Of a stretch of DNA of 64,000 bases, positions 12,128 through 25,554 are shown piece after piece; position 1 is the stretch's first letter; each line of letters starts with the position of its first letter. The notes under the pieces were generated by a model that was not told the DNA's origin, made no database searches, and worked only from the letters and a program-made list of their open reading frames with translations. This stretch comes from Octopus sinensis. Taxonomy: Eukaryota. Made by a program: the position numbers and the translations under genes. The stretch spans positions 25,606,001 to 25,670,000 of the forward strand of contig NC_043016.1 in the NCBI RefSeq assembly GCF_006345805.1, in the 5' to 3' direction.

Positions 12128-12759
12128 TATATATATAATCCATAAAAAGAGTACAGTGAACTTGACATAAACATATATATTTGTGTGTGTGTCTGTGTGT
12201 ACACGTATGTACAAACATATATATGTTTATGGTATATATATATGTTTATAGTATATATAGTATAAAGAATTGATATTGAGAAATATTTGAAATCTGGACT
12301 GTGAATGTGTTTATTTTGTATTTTTCTAGGAATATACCATAGAAACAGGAAATTACTGAGAGATTTGTGGCATCTTAACTCCTCCATCTCTCTGGACAAT
12401 GGCCTTCACATAACGGTAATATTGTTTTTATTTTTCAGTTTTGTTTCTGTTTTTTTTTTATTATTATTGCTTTTCCTTGAAAATTCATTTTCCCTAATAT
12501 AAGCATTCTTAACACTGTGATGTGGAGTTTGCTCAAATTTGCTAACTCTCGATTCTCCATTCCATCTCTTATATTCAACAGGCATCTACCATCATCTCTA
12601 TCTTTTATGTCAATGGGGTTCTTTCTTGTTGAGGTCCATTGTCGTGTATTTATCCACTTATCCGAGAATGTTTTTGTAGATCAACCTGTGTAATTTCATC
12701 CACGTTGAAGTAATCACATTTCATTACCAATTATTGTGTTGCAGATTATTGATTGACAA

Positions 12760-13975
12760 CAGAATTGGTAGAGCATCAGAATTATAATAAATTAACTGTC
12801 CCAGAATCCTTGTTAATGAATTGCGTGTTTTATGAACACATATTCATCACAAAGGAGAAGCTATCTTCTTGAGTCAAAACACAATGGTGATTAGCATACC
12901 CCCATTTTAATCTGTGTATTAAGACTAAATATACAAGTTGTCACTGAATATCTTGCACTGTTTGCTTACAGACCTTTTAAATTCAGAGTTGAAATTCTTC
13001 AGAGTTCAAATTTTGTCTTTGTTCCTGCCAGGATTGATAAAATAATTAACTATCAGTTACTGGATGAAGGGTCACCTGAATGATTATACCCCTTCCCTCC
13101 TAAATTTGTGGTTTTGTGTCAAATTTAAAATCAGTAGAGCATCCAACAAAATGTTTTGAGGTATTTGTTCTAGTTCTTGACATTCTGCTGAAGTCAACTT
13201 TGCCTTTTCTTCTGGGGTCAATACAATAAAATAAAATACCAGTCATATACTGGGGCCAATGTAATCAACTAATCCCTTCTGGTAGTGTACTGGCAGAATT
13301 GGTAGTGTGTTGGGAAAATGCTTTGCAATAATCATTTGGGTCTTTGTTCTGAGTTAAAATCCTGTTGTGGTCAACTTCGTCTTCCCTCCCTCTAGGGTTC
13401 AGTAAAATAAGGTGCTAGTCTCTTGAGGTGGATTTGACTTAATCCCTTCCCCCAAATTTCAAGCCTTGTGCCTACAGTAGAAAGGATTATCATCATTATT
13501 ATTATTATTATGGTGGTGATCTGACAGAATTGTTAGTTCATCAGACAAAATGGTTTGCAGAATTTCTTCTGGCTTTACATTCCAAATTCAAATTTTGTTA
13601 GGGTTGACTTTGCTTTTTATTCTTTCAGGGTTGACAAAATAAGTACCAGTTGTGCTATGGTTTTATTTAATTGACTAACCCTTCCCCTAAAATTTCAGAC
13701 CTTGTGCCGATTGTATTTGATGGTGTGCTGGCAGAATTGTTAGCATGCCAGACATAATACTTAGTGGCATTTCTTCTAGCTCTGTGTTTTGAGTTCAGAC
13801 TCTGGCAAGGTCGACTTTACCGTTATTATAATGATTGATTTGGAAATTATTGCAGCATTGGAAAAAAAAAGTTTTTGTGGATTTTTATCTTTGTCCCTTT
13901 ATGTTCTGAACTCAGCTTTACATTTCACCCTTACTGTCAATAAAATGAAGTGGCAGTTCCAGTATCAAAGTTGAC
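12760..13975 (+). mobile_element. Cluster of 5-6 decayed SINE-B copies
   Basis: Repeated GGCAGAATTGTTAG / CTGAGTTCAAA / GTTGACTTTGC / AAATAAGTACCAG with CpG to TpG/CpA changes. Confidence 0.8.
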
Positions 13976-14627
13976 AGTTCTATTTGCTCCTTGTACCCCT
14001 ATCTACACAAAATATGCTACCATGTACCAGTTTAAAAATATTGTTTCACAATATTGTTAAAAGCAATCCAAATTTTTTACACACACTCACTCATATATAG
14101 TTATCTAAAAATCCAGGAATCAAGGAAAAAAGGAACTCATTAACATTTTATTATACTTAATAAAATGTAGTGTTATACTTGCAGATCAACCGTTTTACCA
14201 ATTGGTTTCATACCAGGAATTGAGAAAAGCTCAGCAACCATCAGAAAAAGGTGAAAGGAAATTGCATGGTATGGGATTTTTGTTACCAGGAGTCTGAAAA
14301 GTATTTCAGTTTTTTTTTTCTGATGATTGCCAGGATTTTTCTCAACTCTTGGTATGAAGCCAATTGGTGAATTGGCAGTTATAGAAATATATATTGTATT
14401 TTATTATTAATATACATATGTGTATATATAAACACATACAGGATTTAAAAGCAAGTTACTGTAAGTTTTATGCCTTTGAAATTACATTTGTCAGATGAGA
14501 TTGGATAGTGTTCCATGCCATGTATTTTCAGGCAATTGTTCATGCTCAAAATACACAAGCTCGTCCAAAAATTGTATTTGTCAGGAGGCATGAAACTTAC
14601 AGTAGCTTGCATTTAAATCGTGCATAA

Positions 14628-14855
14628 TTAGCCCTTTCACATTCAGATTATTCTGTCAAATGTAATGCTCATTTATTCACATTGTTTTCAATTAATCATG
14701 TATTATCTTGTAGCTTTCAGATTTTTATGATGTGATTGTTTAATTTTTTGACTGATATTGTAGGGTAGGTGTGGGGGGCTGGATCTGGTTGGTTTGAGCA
14801 TAAAGCATGCAGAACATTTGGGCCTGATGTGCCCAGTTTAGATGTAAAGGGTTAA
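14628..14855 (+). mobile_element. MITE2, piggyBac-type (CCCTTT...AAAGGG, TTAA)
   Basis: Terminal CCCTTT/AAAGGGTTAA; other copies at about 39535-39740, 40563-40790 and 41560-41792. Confidence 0.8.
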
Positions 14856-16181
14856 ATAATATCTCTCACTGGATGGAATCCTTTTTCATCGATCCCACCA
14901 GTACACTGTATATATGCTTCTTTTTACTCTAAAACTATGTAGTAAAGATGTCAGTCTAGATGTCTTGTTTGGTACATATTCTTAAGCATTCATTTGACTA
15001 AAAATTCAAGGTGGGTACCCAGTATGGCCGCAGTCTATATATATATATATATATATACACACACATATGTATATATACATATGTATATATATGTGTGTGC
15101 ATTTATATATATATTTCAATGGGGTGTGTATGACAATTTCAAAGAAGCTGTGTCCAGCCATTGGAAATAACCTGCTGCTTGTTCCCCGCCTCCTCTTTAA
15201 GTATCACAGTTATCATTTTGTCCTCTATAATAGATTCAGCATGATATTGAGTAGGTTACTGTCGTAGCTACAAATTACCATAAAATTCATGCATTCCAAG
15301 GAATTTATTTTGTATCTTAGAAGCAATGCCAATTTCAGGTAGGTGTGCAGGTCAGCATCATGGGTTTATCAATTTATATTTAAATCAAGTGCTGCTACTG
15401 TTATATCAATCATCATTGTCATTGTCACCTTTGTCATCATCATCATCAGCTGTTTGTTTTATAAGCATATCATCTAAATTTTACCTGATTGGGAAAACAA
15501 GATTTTGCTTTGATGATTTTATATGTCAATATTGCCAGTGTTTACATTTGTTTTGATGTGATGTGATGACATGTGTCATCCCCTCCTTTATATACTCCAC
15601 CCCCCCCCGTCTACCCTCTGACCTATGATGGATGACCTCATGTGGCAGGGAACAGTGTGTGTGTGTAAGTAAGGGAAGGTGGAGTTCAAGGTATATTTCA
15701 CATCTACCACTTTGTTAACCACTTTAGTACCATTCTTTGAGATGCATCATCACACAGTGAACCAGTTTGTGCTAAAATACTTTTTCTTCTGGACGCCCAC
15801 ATATAATCACCAACGTTGCTGCTGTTAAAAACGAAAATGAGTTGATTAATTTATCTTTATTGTCATCACCACCACCACCACCACCACCATCTTCATCATC
15901 ATCATCATCATCACCACCACCACCACCACCATCATCATCATCATATGTATATATATTTGAGGCTCTGATGAAGCTATAAGGTGTTACTCAGGCACTCAAC
16001 TATGAGTCCACTGCATCTTATAGTAGAAACAAAGATAATTGTTTGTGCTTTTGTCATTTTATTTTCTTATTAACATAAACATGCATATCTGTCTGTCTGT
16101 CTGTCCATCTATCTATCTATCTATCTCTATATTTATCTATATCTATCTACCTATCTATCTATATCTATCTCTATATCTATC

Positions 16182-16213
<32 letters not shown>

Positions 16214-16879
16214 ATGTGTGTGTGTGTGTGTGTATATATATATTGAGAGAGAGAGAGAGAAATAGATAGACACACACAAACACGTATGTAGCAGGACGAT
16301 ATTACATACACCATGTCCAATACATGTATTGCCCCCAAACTGCACTATTGGCCTTCACAGTTAGTTTTGAAGACTTTTATAATAGTATTTGAACTAGATT
16401 TGACTGCTGTTTTATGCAGATCAAACGTCCATGTAGAGTACCCTTGCTTATGCCTCATTGTTCGGTTGATAACTTATATACGATGAGGACTGCTCAAATA
16501 GAGCTGACCTATGGAGTGGGATCTACACAGCATACCACCAACACCATCATCTCTGCTTCTTTAGTTAAGTGTGTACATCTCATAGTATGGGCTATATGAA
16601 ATGTGTATGTGTGCTTGTGTATGATTACTTATATATACTCATAGTATAATTTCTGTGTGTGTCTGCATGGAATTTTGTGTGTATGTATGTGTGTGACTGT
16701 TACATAAGTTCCACTGTTTTAAATTCTCCATCGTTAATGAGTGCTAATTTCCTGTTTAGAAAAATGATGAAATAAGCTGATATTTTATATTACTACAATT
16801 AATATGTTTACACTGGATCACTGGTTTTCTCATTCACATCTGTACTCAGAATATTTTTTTCATGTTTTTATTGTATTAC

Positions 16880-17230
16880 TTATTCTCTACTGTAATTATT
16901 ATGCTGCTCCAGCATGGGCAAATTTCTAATCGATTGAAATATCTAAACAGCTTATTATTATTACCATTATTATTAATAAGGCGGTGAGCTGGCAGAATCA
17001 TTAGCATGCTGGGCAAAATGCTTTGCAGCATCTTCTTTACTCTTTTACTTGTTTCAGTCATTTGACTGCGGCCATGCTGGAGCACCACCTTTATGAGTGT
17101 TCTAAGTTCAAACTCTGCCAAGTTTGACTTTGCCTTTTATCCTTTCATGCTTGGTAAAATAAGTACCAGTTAATCACTGAGATCAATGTAATTGACTTAC
17201 TCCCTCTGCCAGAATTGCTGGCCTTGACTG
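16880..17230 (+). mobile_element. SINE-B interrupted by a SINE-A tail fragment (minus)
   Basis: GGCAGAATCATTAGC..., then CTTTTACTTGTTTCAGTCATTTGACTGCGGCC, then SINE-B resumes. Confidence 0.75.
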
Positions 17231-17319
17231 CTGGTTATACATGGTGCAACGCTGGCAGCATGATAAGAGACATCAACCCTCTGACCAATGATGGCTGACC
17301 TCATGCGACAGGGAACATT

Positions 17320-17847
17320 GAAATACACTACCTTTGTTTCACTTAATTCCAAGAAATAATCTAAAATTCAATAAAATAATTTTTGCCATTATTGAAATGG
17401 TGTTTGGAAAAAAAATTAATATGAAAGGTTTTAATTTAGATAAGGGGTTCTCAAACATTTTTTTATCTATGGATCCCGTTGATTACTGTTATATTCTGGT
17501 GGACCCCCATAGCCATTTGATGTTTAAAAACTAGTTTTATAGGAACTTCTTTCAAGATACCTATTATTTTCACACACTAACTTGTATTGGTTGAATTATG
17601 TAAAAAAGTTAGAGAAGGAAACCTAGCTGTTTCTTGCAATACAAATCAATACATACATCTAAAGCAAAATCTTTTCAGGGGCTCTCAAAATACTATTGTA
17701 AACAATTTATTATTTTGTTGTGTGGACCCCTAAAATTTTTTATAGGGCCCTCGTTGAGAACCACTGCTTTGAATTAATTTACAACAGGAAGTTTGTATCT
17801 TGGGTCTAGAAGGAAGTTTCCAATCAGGATGATACAAAAAGGGTTAA
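17320..17847 (+). mobile_element. MITE1, piggyBac-type, interrupted by a hAT MITE
   Basis: GAAATACACT..CTTTGTTTC..., CAGGAAGTTTGTATC...AAAAGGGTTAA end. Confidence 0.75.
17441..17766. mobile_element. hAT (Charlie-like) MITE
   Basis: TIRs AAGGGGTTCTCAAA and GTTGAGAACCACTG, resembling CAGTGGTTCTCAA; subterminal GGACCCC motifs. Confidence 0.75.
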
Positions 17848-17926
17848 GTCCACTTTAAGACATTTATAACAAATAACAAATGCATGGAGAAGTGTTTGGG
17901 TGTGGTTTTGATGTGTCTGGAAGTTA

Positions 17927-17970
<44 letters not shown>

Positions 17971-18337
17971 ACAAGATGGTGGTGTGTAGTTGGAGCAGAC
18001 TTAAGATGTTTTGATATCAACAGCTTGCAGTTGGTGTATGTGTACAAGTATAGCTTGTTGCCAAGCAGGAAAAAAGAAGAAAAAAGAAGGAAGGTGATGT
18101 TTGTAATGTTTGGAGTGTATTGTAGTGTGTAATTAGAGAAAGAAGGGAGTCATAACATTCATTAATGGTGTGATATCATGGATCTTAATTACTATTGTTT
18201 GTAGTTGAGTGTTAGAGATTTTTCTTATATCTATGCTGTACACACACGTACACATATATTGAAATATTTACATATATATGTATTCATACATATGCGTATG
18301 TATGGGTGTGTGTATGTATGTATGTATATATATATTT

Positions 18338-18369
<32 letters not shown>

Positions 18370-18542
18370 GAGTCGGTATTCTTCAGAAAATAAAGGAATT
18401 CACAAACATAGGGTGGCTGAAATGACAGTTTAGAAAGCTGGGTAAATACACTTTTGGCCACTTTTTTTCCATCTTCTAAAGGGTATTCCACTGATATATA
18501 TATAAATATATATATATATATGTCTGTATGTGTATATATGTA

Positions 18543-19728
18543 CAAGGTATGGTGAATGAATTGTCTAAATTACGCAGAAATGAAAATAACACTGACATCT
18601 TGTTTTAACATATATTTACCAAAATTACATAAAAATAATCTTGAAATACTAAACAGTAATATTATTCAATAAAATTGCCATTGGTTTCAACCATGGCCTC
18701 CAGATGACTTTGGAATCTCCTGCAACTCTTCTGGACAGTCTCCTTCTTTAAGTTGGTAAATGCTGCAATAATCCTTGCCTTCAGTTCATCTTTGGTGTTA
18801 CAAGGAGTTTTATTTGCCCCACACATAATAATGAAGCGGGTTGCAGTCTGGGGGGGTTAAGTGGCCAGATGTTAGGGGTGATGTTGTCACAGAAATTTTC
18901 TGACAGCCATGACTGGGTTTTCCTGCTTGTGTGGCATGGTGCAGAGTCCTGTTGCAAGACATAGTGTCTTCTAGAAGCCACCTTCTTGACCCAGGGCAGC
19001 ACTACCTCCTCCAGGCACTTGATATAGGCTCCATGTTGAGTCTGAGGCTGTGTGGTAAAATATTTTTAGATACATGGCAAGTCAATGGTTGTTCTGCGTT
19101 CACCATCTGATCCTGGCAGAAATTTTTCTCATCTGAGAAAGACCAAAGCATTTTCAGTTGGAGGGGATGCTTGAGTTTGTTCAAAAGCTCCATAGCATGG
19201 TCTTTCCTCTTGTCCTTGATGGTTTGGGATAAAAATTGGCCCTTTCTTATCTTGTATAAGGAATACCAAATGTTTTCATGCACTACCTGCCTACTAAGAA
19301 ACTCAGACACTCCCATGTCCCTGATGATGCACCTTATTGACTTGGAGGGATCGTTGTCAATCATGGCATGGATCTCACCAACAAATTCAGGAGTTCTTTT
19401 CTTATGAGAATGATCAGTGAGTTTTCCGAGCTGCCATACTTCGTAACCACCATTAGATTCATCCAACTCTTTCCGAATATTTTGCACTGTCCTCAAATTG
19501 ACACCCAAGCACTCTGAAATGTTCAAATTGGGGCTTCCAGAGCAAATGCCAAGTAGTGCAGCATGTCGTTTCCAAATTTCTGGCAGAGTGAATTGCATCA
19601 TGGTACTGTTTTTCTGATGGTGCCCAACTGACCCTACTATACTGTGTAGTTGACAAAATCAAAAGCAAACAATAGGCATGCATGAAATCAGAAATATAAA
19701 ATGGCAACAACTTACCCATTGCACCCTG
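18543..19728 (-). mobile_element. Tc1/mariner superfamily element, maT (DD37D) family, decayed full-length copy
   Basis: TA on both flanks (18541-18542, 19729-19730); imperfect TIRs CAAGGTATGGTGAATGAATTG vs CAGGGTGCAATGGGTAAGTTG; internal transposase. Confidence 0.9.
18664..19601 (-). pseudogene. maT DD37D transposase pseudogene
   Basis: HTH-like ISECLGVNLRTVQNIRKEL; FSDEKNF; QQDSAPCH; WPLN-(frameshift)-PDCNPLHYYVWG. There are 37 residues between the second D and the position of the third (now H). Also a stop at 19002 and an internal deletion. Confidence 0.88.
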
Positions 19729-21310
19729 TATATATTTTATTTTTGATTCAGAAATTCAACCTTAAAACAAGAGTCAGTATCATATATAGTTAGATCCTGG
19801 CTATAAATATAGATATATTTAAAAAATTACTTCATTGTTGAAATTTTAAAATCTTTTGTAATATTTATAATTACATGTTTTTTTCCCAACTGTTTTATAA
19901 AATTGTATATCTTTATAATGTAATTATGTCTGTAAGTCATTTAAAAAAAAAATGTGATGTCATGACCTGAAATGTATAAGGGTGTAAAGATTTGCATTAA
20001 TTATTTAATTAATTCATAATGGAACAAGTATGTGTGTGTGTGTGGATTTGCTGATCATTTCTCATGTAAACAGTTATTTGTTTTCTTTTTAATCTTTTTA
20101 TATTCTTGAAAGATATTTTGGGGGTAGGATATGTCATAAGTGATCATAATGTTAATTCTGAATATCTTTAATTCTGCAATATTAAAAATATTTACCAAAT
20201 ATTAATTTAAGTAAAACCGACATATTAAGTATAATTATCTGGTGCTAATTTGCATATCATTTGATGTATACATTATAACAACAACGTAAGTGGAAAAGAG
20301 ATTTATTTTTTATTTTATTTTATTCTAAAAATTATATTGAATCTGTGTACTGAACAGTCTGATAATTGTTTAATTTTCCTGTTAAAGTTAATTTATTTCT
20401 TATAACAAATTGTGTGTTTATTCCATTCACTTTCATAAACTCTTGAACATATTTCAACTTTTATTTATAGCAGCAACAAAATTCTTAATAGCTTTTCTTC
20501 TGCCTTTTTTGACATTCTGAGTTCAAATTCCACCAGATCTTGTGTCCATAGCAGAAAGAATTATTATTATTCATGTTGGTGTTGTTAAGGGAAATGGATT
20601 GGCAGAATCATTTGTTTCAATGTTGGTAAAAATGTCCTGCAGTTTTTGTTCTAAATCTTAAATATTCTTAGCTCAAATACTGTTGAGGCCAACTTACCCT
20701 TTCATCCTCTTGGGATCGATAAAATGTGTATTTATGTGTATTTCTGTGCGTGTGTGTGTGTGTATAAACTATTACAGGAAATATCCAACTTGAACCTTTT
20801 TACTCATGCTATTAGAAAAATCTTAATGGCATCATGTGTGTTTGAGTGAGTGAGTGAGTGAGTCATATATCTTTGGTTTCTATCAGTGAATTATAGATAT
20901 CTTGTAAAGATGGTTGCCAAGCTTAGGAAATTCATTCATAAATTGAACCTAAAGTAGTCCTTGGAGTGGCTTAGATGTTTACATTCAAAAGATAATGAGA
21001 ACTGCTGATACGTATTACAACAAAAGTATTGTCTAGTTCAAGGTTTTTATAATGAATCCTGTAAAATTTCTGAGATTGTTACCAGATATGCTTTGCTCAT
21101 AAATTTGGACTAAATTTGTTATTTGCAATATTTTCACCAATTTCAATGTCATGATTAGTGAAACACGAAATTGGTAGACTCATAATATTCCATCTTTTAA
21201 AACATCAAAAATACATAATTTGTGTGTGTTTTCCTTCTTTTATTTTATATATTTTTCATTACAACCTGCTACATGGGGAAAATCTCTTAATGAAATTCTT
21301 TTTTTTACTG

Positions 21311-21343
<33 letters not shown>

Positions 21344-21344
<1 letters not shown>

Positions 21345-21585
21345 GAGGCTTAGTGGTTAGGGTGTCAGCACCATGATCGTAAGATTGTGGTTTCGATTCC
21401 TGGACCAGGCGACGCGTTGTGTTCTTGAGCAAAACACTTCATTTCATGTTGCTCCAGTCCACTCAGCTGGCAAAAATGAGTAACGCTGTGATGGACTGAC
21501 GTCCCGTCCAGCTGGGGAACAAATACGCCATAGAAACCGAGAAACCGGGCCCATGAGCCTGGTTAGGCTTTAAAAAGGGTGCATT
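21344..21585 (+). mobile_element. SINE-C (tRNA head, V-like central GATGGACTG.CGTCCCGTCCAG)
   Basis: A box TTAGTGG, B box GTTTCGATTCC; related copy at 33480-33700. Confidence 0.8.
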
Positions 21586-21737
21586 TATTATTCATTATAT
21601 ATATATATATATATATATACTATTGTTTTATATATATATTACGCACGGAAGCAGCATACCAATTTAACAGGTGTATTTCCCTCCACCTCTTGTCGTAATA
21701 CCTCTGAAAAATGGTATTTTACCTGAAATATTAGGAC

Positions 21738-22118
21738 CTGGCTGTGTGGTAAGTAGCTTGCTTACCAACCACATGGTTCCGGGTTCAGTCCCACTGCATG
21801 GCATCTTGGGCAAGTGTCTTTTACTATAGCCTCGGGCCGACTAAAGCCTTGTGAGTGGGTTTGGTAGACGAAAACTGAAAGAAGCCTGTCATATATATGT
21901 ATATATATATGTGTGTTTGTCTGTGTTTGTCCCTCCACCCAACATCGCTTGACAACCAATGGTGGTGTGTTTGCATCCCTGTAACTTAGCGGTTCGGCAA
22001 AAGAGACCGATAGAATAAGTGCTGGGCTTACAAAGAACAAGTCCTGGGGGTCGATTTGCTCGACTAAAGGCAGTGCTCCAGCATGGCCGTAGTCAAATGA
22101 CTGAAACAAGTAAAGAGA
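21738..22118 (+). mobile_element. SINE-A
   Basis: Consensus motifs; a more decayed copy follows at 22238-22520. Confidence 0.9.
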
Positions 22119-23399
22119 GAGTTGTAGGATAAGTCAATATCTTTGTTATTAGTATTATTGATGTTTGGTGTTATAATTAAATTTCTATTGCAGTACAATG
22201 CTCTCTATATATTTACACACACACACTCACACACAGTGTAGGCGTGGGTGTATGGTAAGAAGTTTCTCTTTCTGCCTAATGGTTTTGGGTTCAGTGCCAG
22301 CAAATGTCTTCTACTATATAGCACCTGGCCAACGAAAGCCTTGTGTTCAAATTTGGTGGGCAGAAACTGAAAGAAGATATATGTATATATCTGTGCGTGT
22401 GTTTTCCACCTACCAGTGCATGACAACCAGTATTGCTGTCTTCATGTCCCCATCATGTAAGGGTTTAGTAAATAAGTGTAGGATAGAATAAACGTAATAG
22501 GTTTAAAAATAGTTAAGTACTGAGATTACTTGTACCAAATTCCTCACCAGTTTTGCAGTCAATCACTGGCTGTAGCTGTAGCAATACAGCCAGCAGCTGT
22601 AGTAATAATAGTATCTGTACTTATTGACTTACCATTGTGTCTGTACAGTATAATAAACTGACCAACAGTAACTGTAGCAGTGTTTGTTTACTTCTATAAC
22701 TAGGTTTGCAAGAAAAATTTTCTGTGCACACTTGTTCTTGTTGTTGCCATCATCTGTGGTAGTGGCAGTACCATTATTGTTGCACTTGTGAACGGTGATA
22801 TTCTAAATTATTATCCTAACAACAACCTACCTCCTCCTGGTCATAATCACCATCATCATCATCATCATCATGGTCTTAATTTTTTCCAGCTCTTTACATT
22901 CTAAGTTCAGTTTCTACTCAGGTCAACCTTTCATCCTTTCAGTACTGGGGTTGATGTAATTGACTTAGCTCTCCTCTAAAATTGCTGGCCTTGAGCCAAA
23001 ATTTGGATAGCTGCTGCTGCTACTACTCATTATTACTATTATATGATGTTATTTAGATATTCTTCCTATCAAACCCAATTTACAGTCTTGGATGAAGAAC
23101 GATTTTTTTTATTACTTTTTTTTTTGTTTTGTTTTTTACTTCCATAAAAATTTTTTTAGTTGTTCTTCATATCTCTTCATACTTTGTATTAGTATCTCTG
23201 GATAGTTCTTGCAGAAACAAGTTGTCTGTACTACACTCACTCCTAAGATTAATCTCTAACTTAGCTCTCAAATAGTTTGTTGAAGTTTCTGAATCCCCAA
23301 CAACAATAATTAGCAAGATTGTTGTTTGTGGTGGTGGTGGTGGTGGTATCACTGTTGCTGCTGCTGCTGTGCTTTTGTTGCTGTTGCTGTTCCGTCTTG

Positions 23400-24270
23400 A
23401 AAAACTGCTGTGCCATTTTTCTTTGACTTAGAAGTGGCATTTCTTTTAGCTTTCCCAATTCTGAGTTTAAATACTACCAAGATCGATTTTGGCCTTTCAT
23501 CCTCATTGGGGTGTGGGTGTGGGGCAATATAATAAAGTACTAGTCAAGTACTGGGTCATTGTAATTAACCCCATCCCCCCTCCCAAATCTATTCAAAGTT
23601 ATTGGCCTTGTGCTGGTAGAATCATTAGCCTGTTGGACAAAATGCTTTGCAGCCCTTCCAGCTCTTCACATTCCAAGTTCAAATATCACCGAGGTAAACT
23701 TTACCCTTTCTCTTTCGAGGCTCAATAAAATATTGTACAAGTCCTACACTGGAGTCATTGTAGTCAACTAAAGCCCCTCCCTTTAAAGTTACTGGTCTGG
23801 TGCTAAAAGTTTGAAACCATTATTATTGGCAAAACTGTTTTGCCAGATTAAATGCTTGGCAGATTTTTGTATGAGTTTAACTTCCACCAAGGTCAACTTT
23901 GCTTTTTTTCCTCCATTCAGGGTTGATGAAATAAGTACTAGCTGAGCTCTGGAGTCTAGGTAATCAAGTAGTCCCCTTGCCCCAAATTTCAGGTTTTGTG
24001 CTTATAGTAGAAAGGATTATTATTATTATTATTATTAATAATTATAATAATAAGACTAGCTGGCAGAATTGTTAGCATGCTGGGCAAAATGCTTAGTAGC
24101 ATTTCTCTTTAAATTTTGGGTTCAAATTCCGCTAAGGTCAATTTTACCTGTCATTCTTTCAGGGTTGATAAATTAAGTACCAGTGAAACACTGGGGTCAG
24201 TGTAATCGACTAGTCCCCTCCTCCAAAATTTCAGACCTATTACTTTTAGTAGAAAGGATTATTATTATTA
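23400..24270 (+). mobile_element. Cluster of SINE-B copies
   Basis: Four or five decayed units ending in (ATT)n. Confidence 0.8.
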
Positions 24271-24332
24271 TTATTATTATCATTTTTTCCTTCTTTCTTC
24301 AAATTTTCTTCTGTTTCTCATCGAGTGTTTTC

Positions 24333-24365
<33 letters not shown>

Positions 24366-24397
24366 CATTATTATTATTATTATCATTATTATTATTA

Positions 24398-24439
<42 letters not shown>

Positions 24440-24490
24440 TATCATTATTATTATTATTATTATTCTCAAATTATGACTGTTATTATTAGC
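24255..24490. repeat. (ATT)n/(ATC) trinucleotide microsatellite
   Basis: Direct periodicity; source of the poly-Y/poly-I ORF. Confidence 0.95.
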
Positions 24491-25554
24491 AGTAATAGTA
24501 CTAAAATTATTAGTACTATGAAAATTAGTAAAATTATTATAAGCAGTAGCAAAATCATTTTATATTAATATAACTTCTATTGCTATTATTTTTAATAATA
24601 TTGTTATTTTTGTTTTATTTTATTTAATTATAATAAAGAGAGCTCTCTCTATAACCTGCTTCTATTTTTTTCATTACATCTTACCTGGTCTTAATTAAAA
24701 TTTATTATGAAACCAAACACAGATAAACACCTGCCATATCTGGTTATCTTGAGGCTTTTGTCATGTGAAAACACCGTTTGCACCTATTGTTGATATGAAA
24801 ACATTTCTACTCTATCATACCATCGTTATTACTACACCAGCACCACCTTCTCCTTTATCTCCACCTCTTAACCAACTAACCCACCCATCCCAATTACACT
24901 ATTAACATCATGTGCTTTTATGTGTTTATATATATATATATATATATATTTATAGGGAAGAAAATGTCAAAAAAATATGCAATAGGTACACACAGTGTAT
25001 GCTCAGTCCAGACACATTTTGTCTAAAATATGATATAGAACGAAGGGATACAGGATCTGTGGAGATGAGTTGGTTATAAGCAATGTATAGGTTGAGCTAA
25101 ATTAAAATATTAAAAAATAGCTGGACAGATATTTGCAAGGCATCAACTAGTTTATAACATATCTGCACAGAAAAATGTGGTGTGTGTGTAATACATCATC
25201 ATCATCATCATTTAGCATCTGCTTTCCATGCTGGCATGGGTTAGATAGTTTGACTGGAAACTGGTAAGGTGGAGAGCTGCACCAAGTTCCAGTCTGATTT
25301 GGCATGGTTTCAAGGGTTGGATGCCCTTCCTAATGCCAACCACTCCAAGAATGTAATGGGTGCTTTTATGTGCCAGTTACGTGACACCGGCATCGACAAG
25401 TCTTCTCAAGCACTGCGTATCACTAAAGGTTTCAGTCACTTCTCATATATATATATATCTATACAAATAAGGATAAGATCGTTATTTAAACTGGTCGTGT
25501 GCATACATGCATATATATGTATGTATATGTAAGTATATCGTATGTTGTATATAT

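Noticed and set aside
15960-16020. CTGATGAAG motif
   Set aside because: No GAAA or compatible stems.
16414-16599. 61-aa ORF behind a plausible acceptor
   Set aside because: No recognisable motif and a weak donor; length is within chance for the number of AG sites examined.
23167-23458. Two overlapping minus-strand ORFs with a protein-like look
   Set aside because: The start lies in a SINE-B and a trinucleotide low-complexity tract; poor acceptor; no recognisable domain.
24683-24800. Strong minus-strand donor CAG|GTAAGA
   Set aside because: All three frames stop just upstream and there is no convincing acceptor; cannot be supported as coding.
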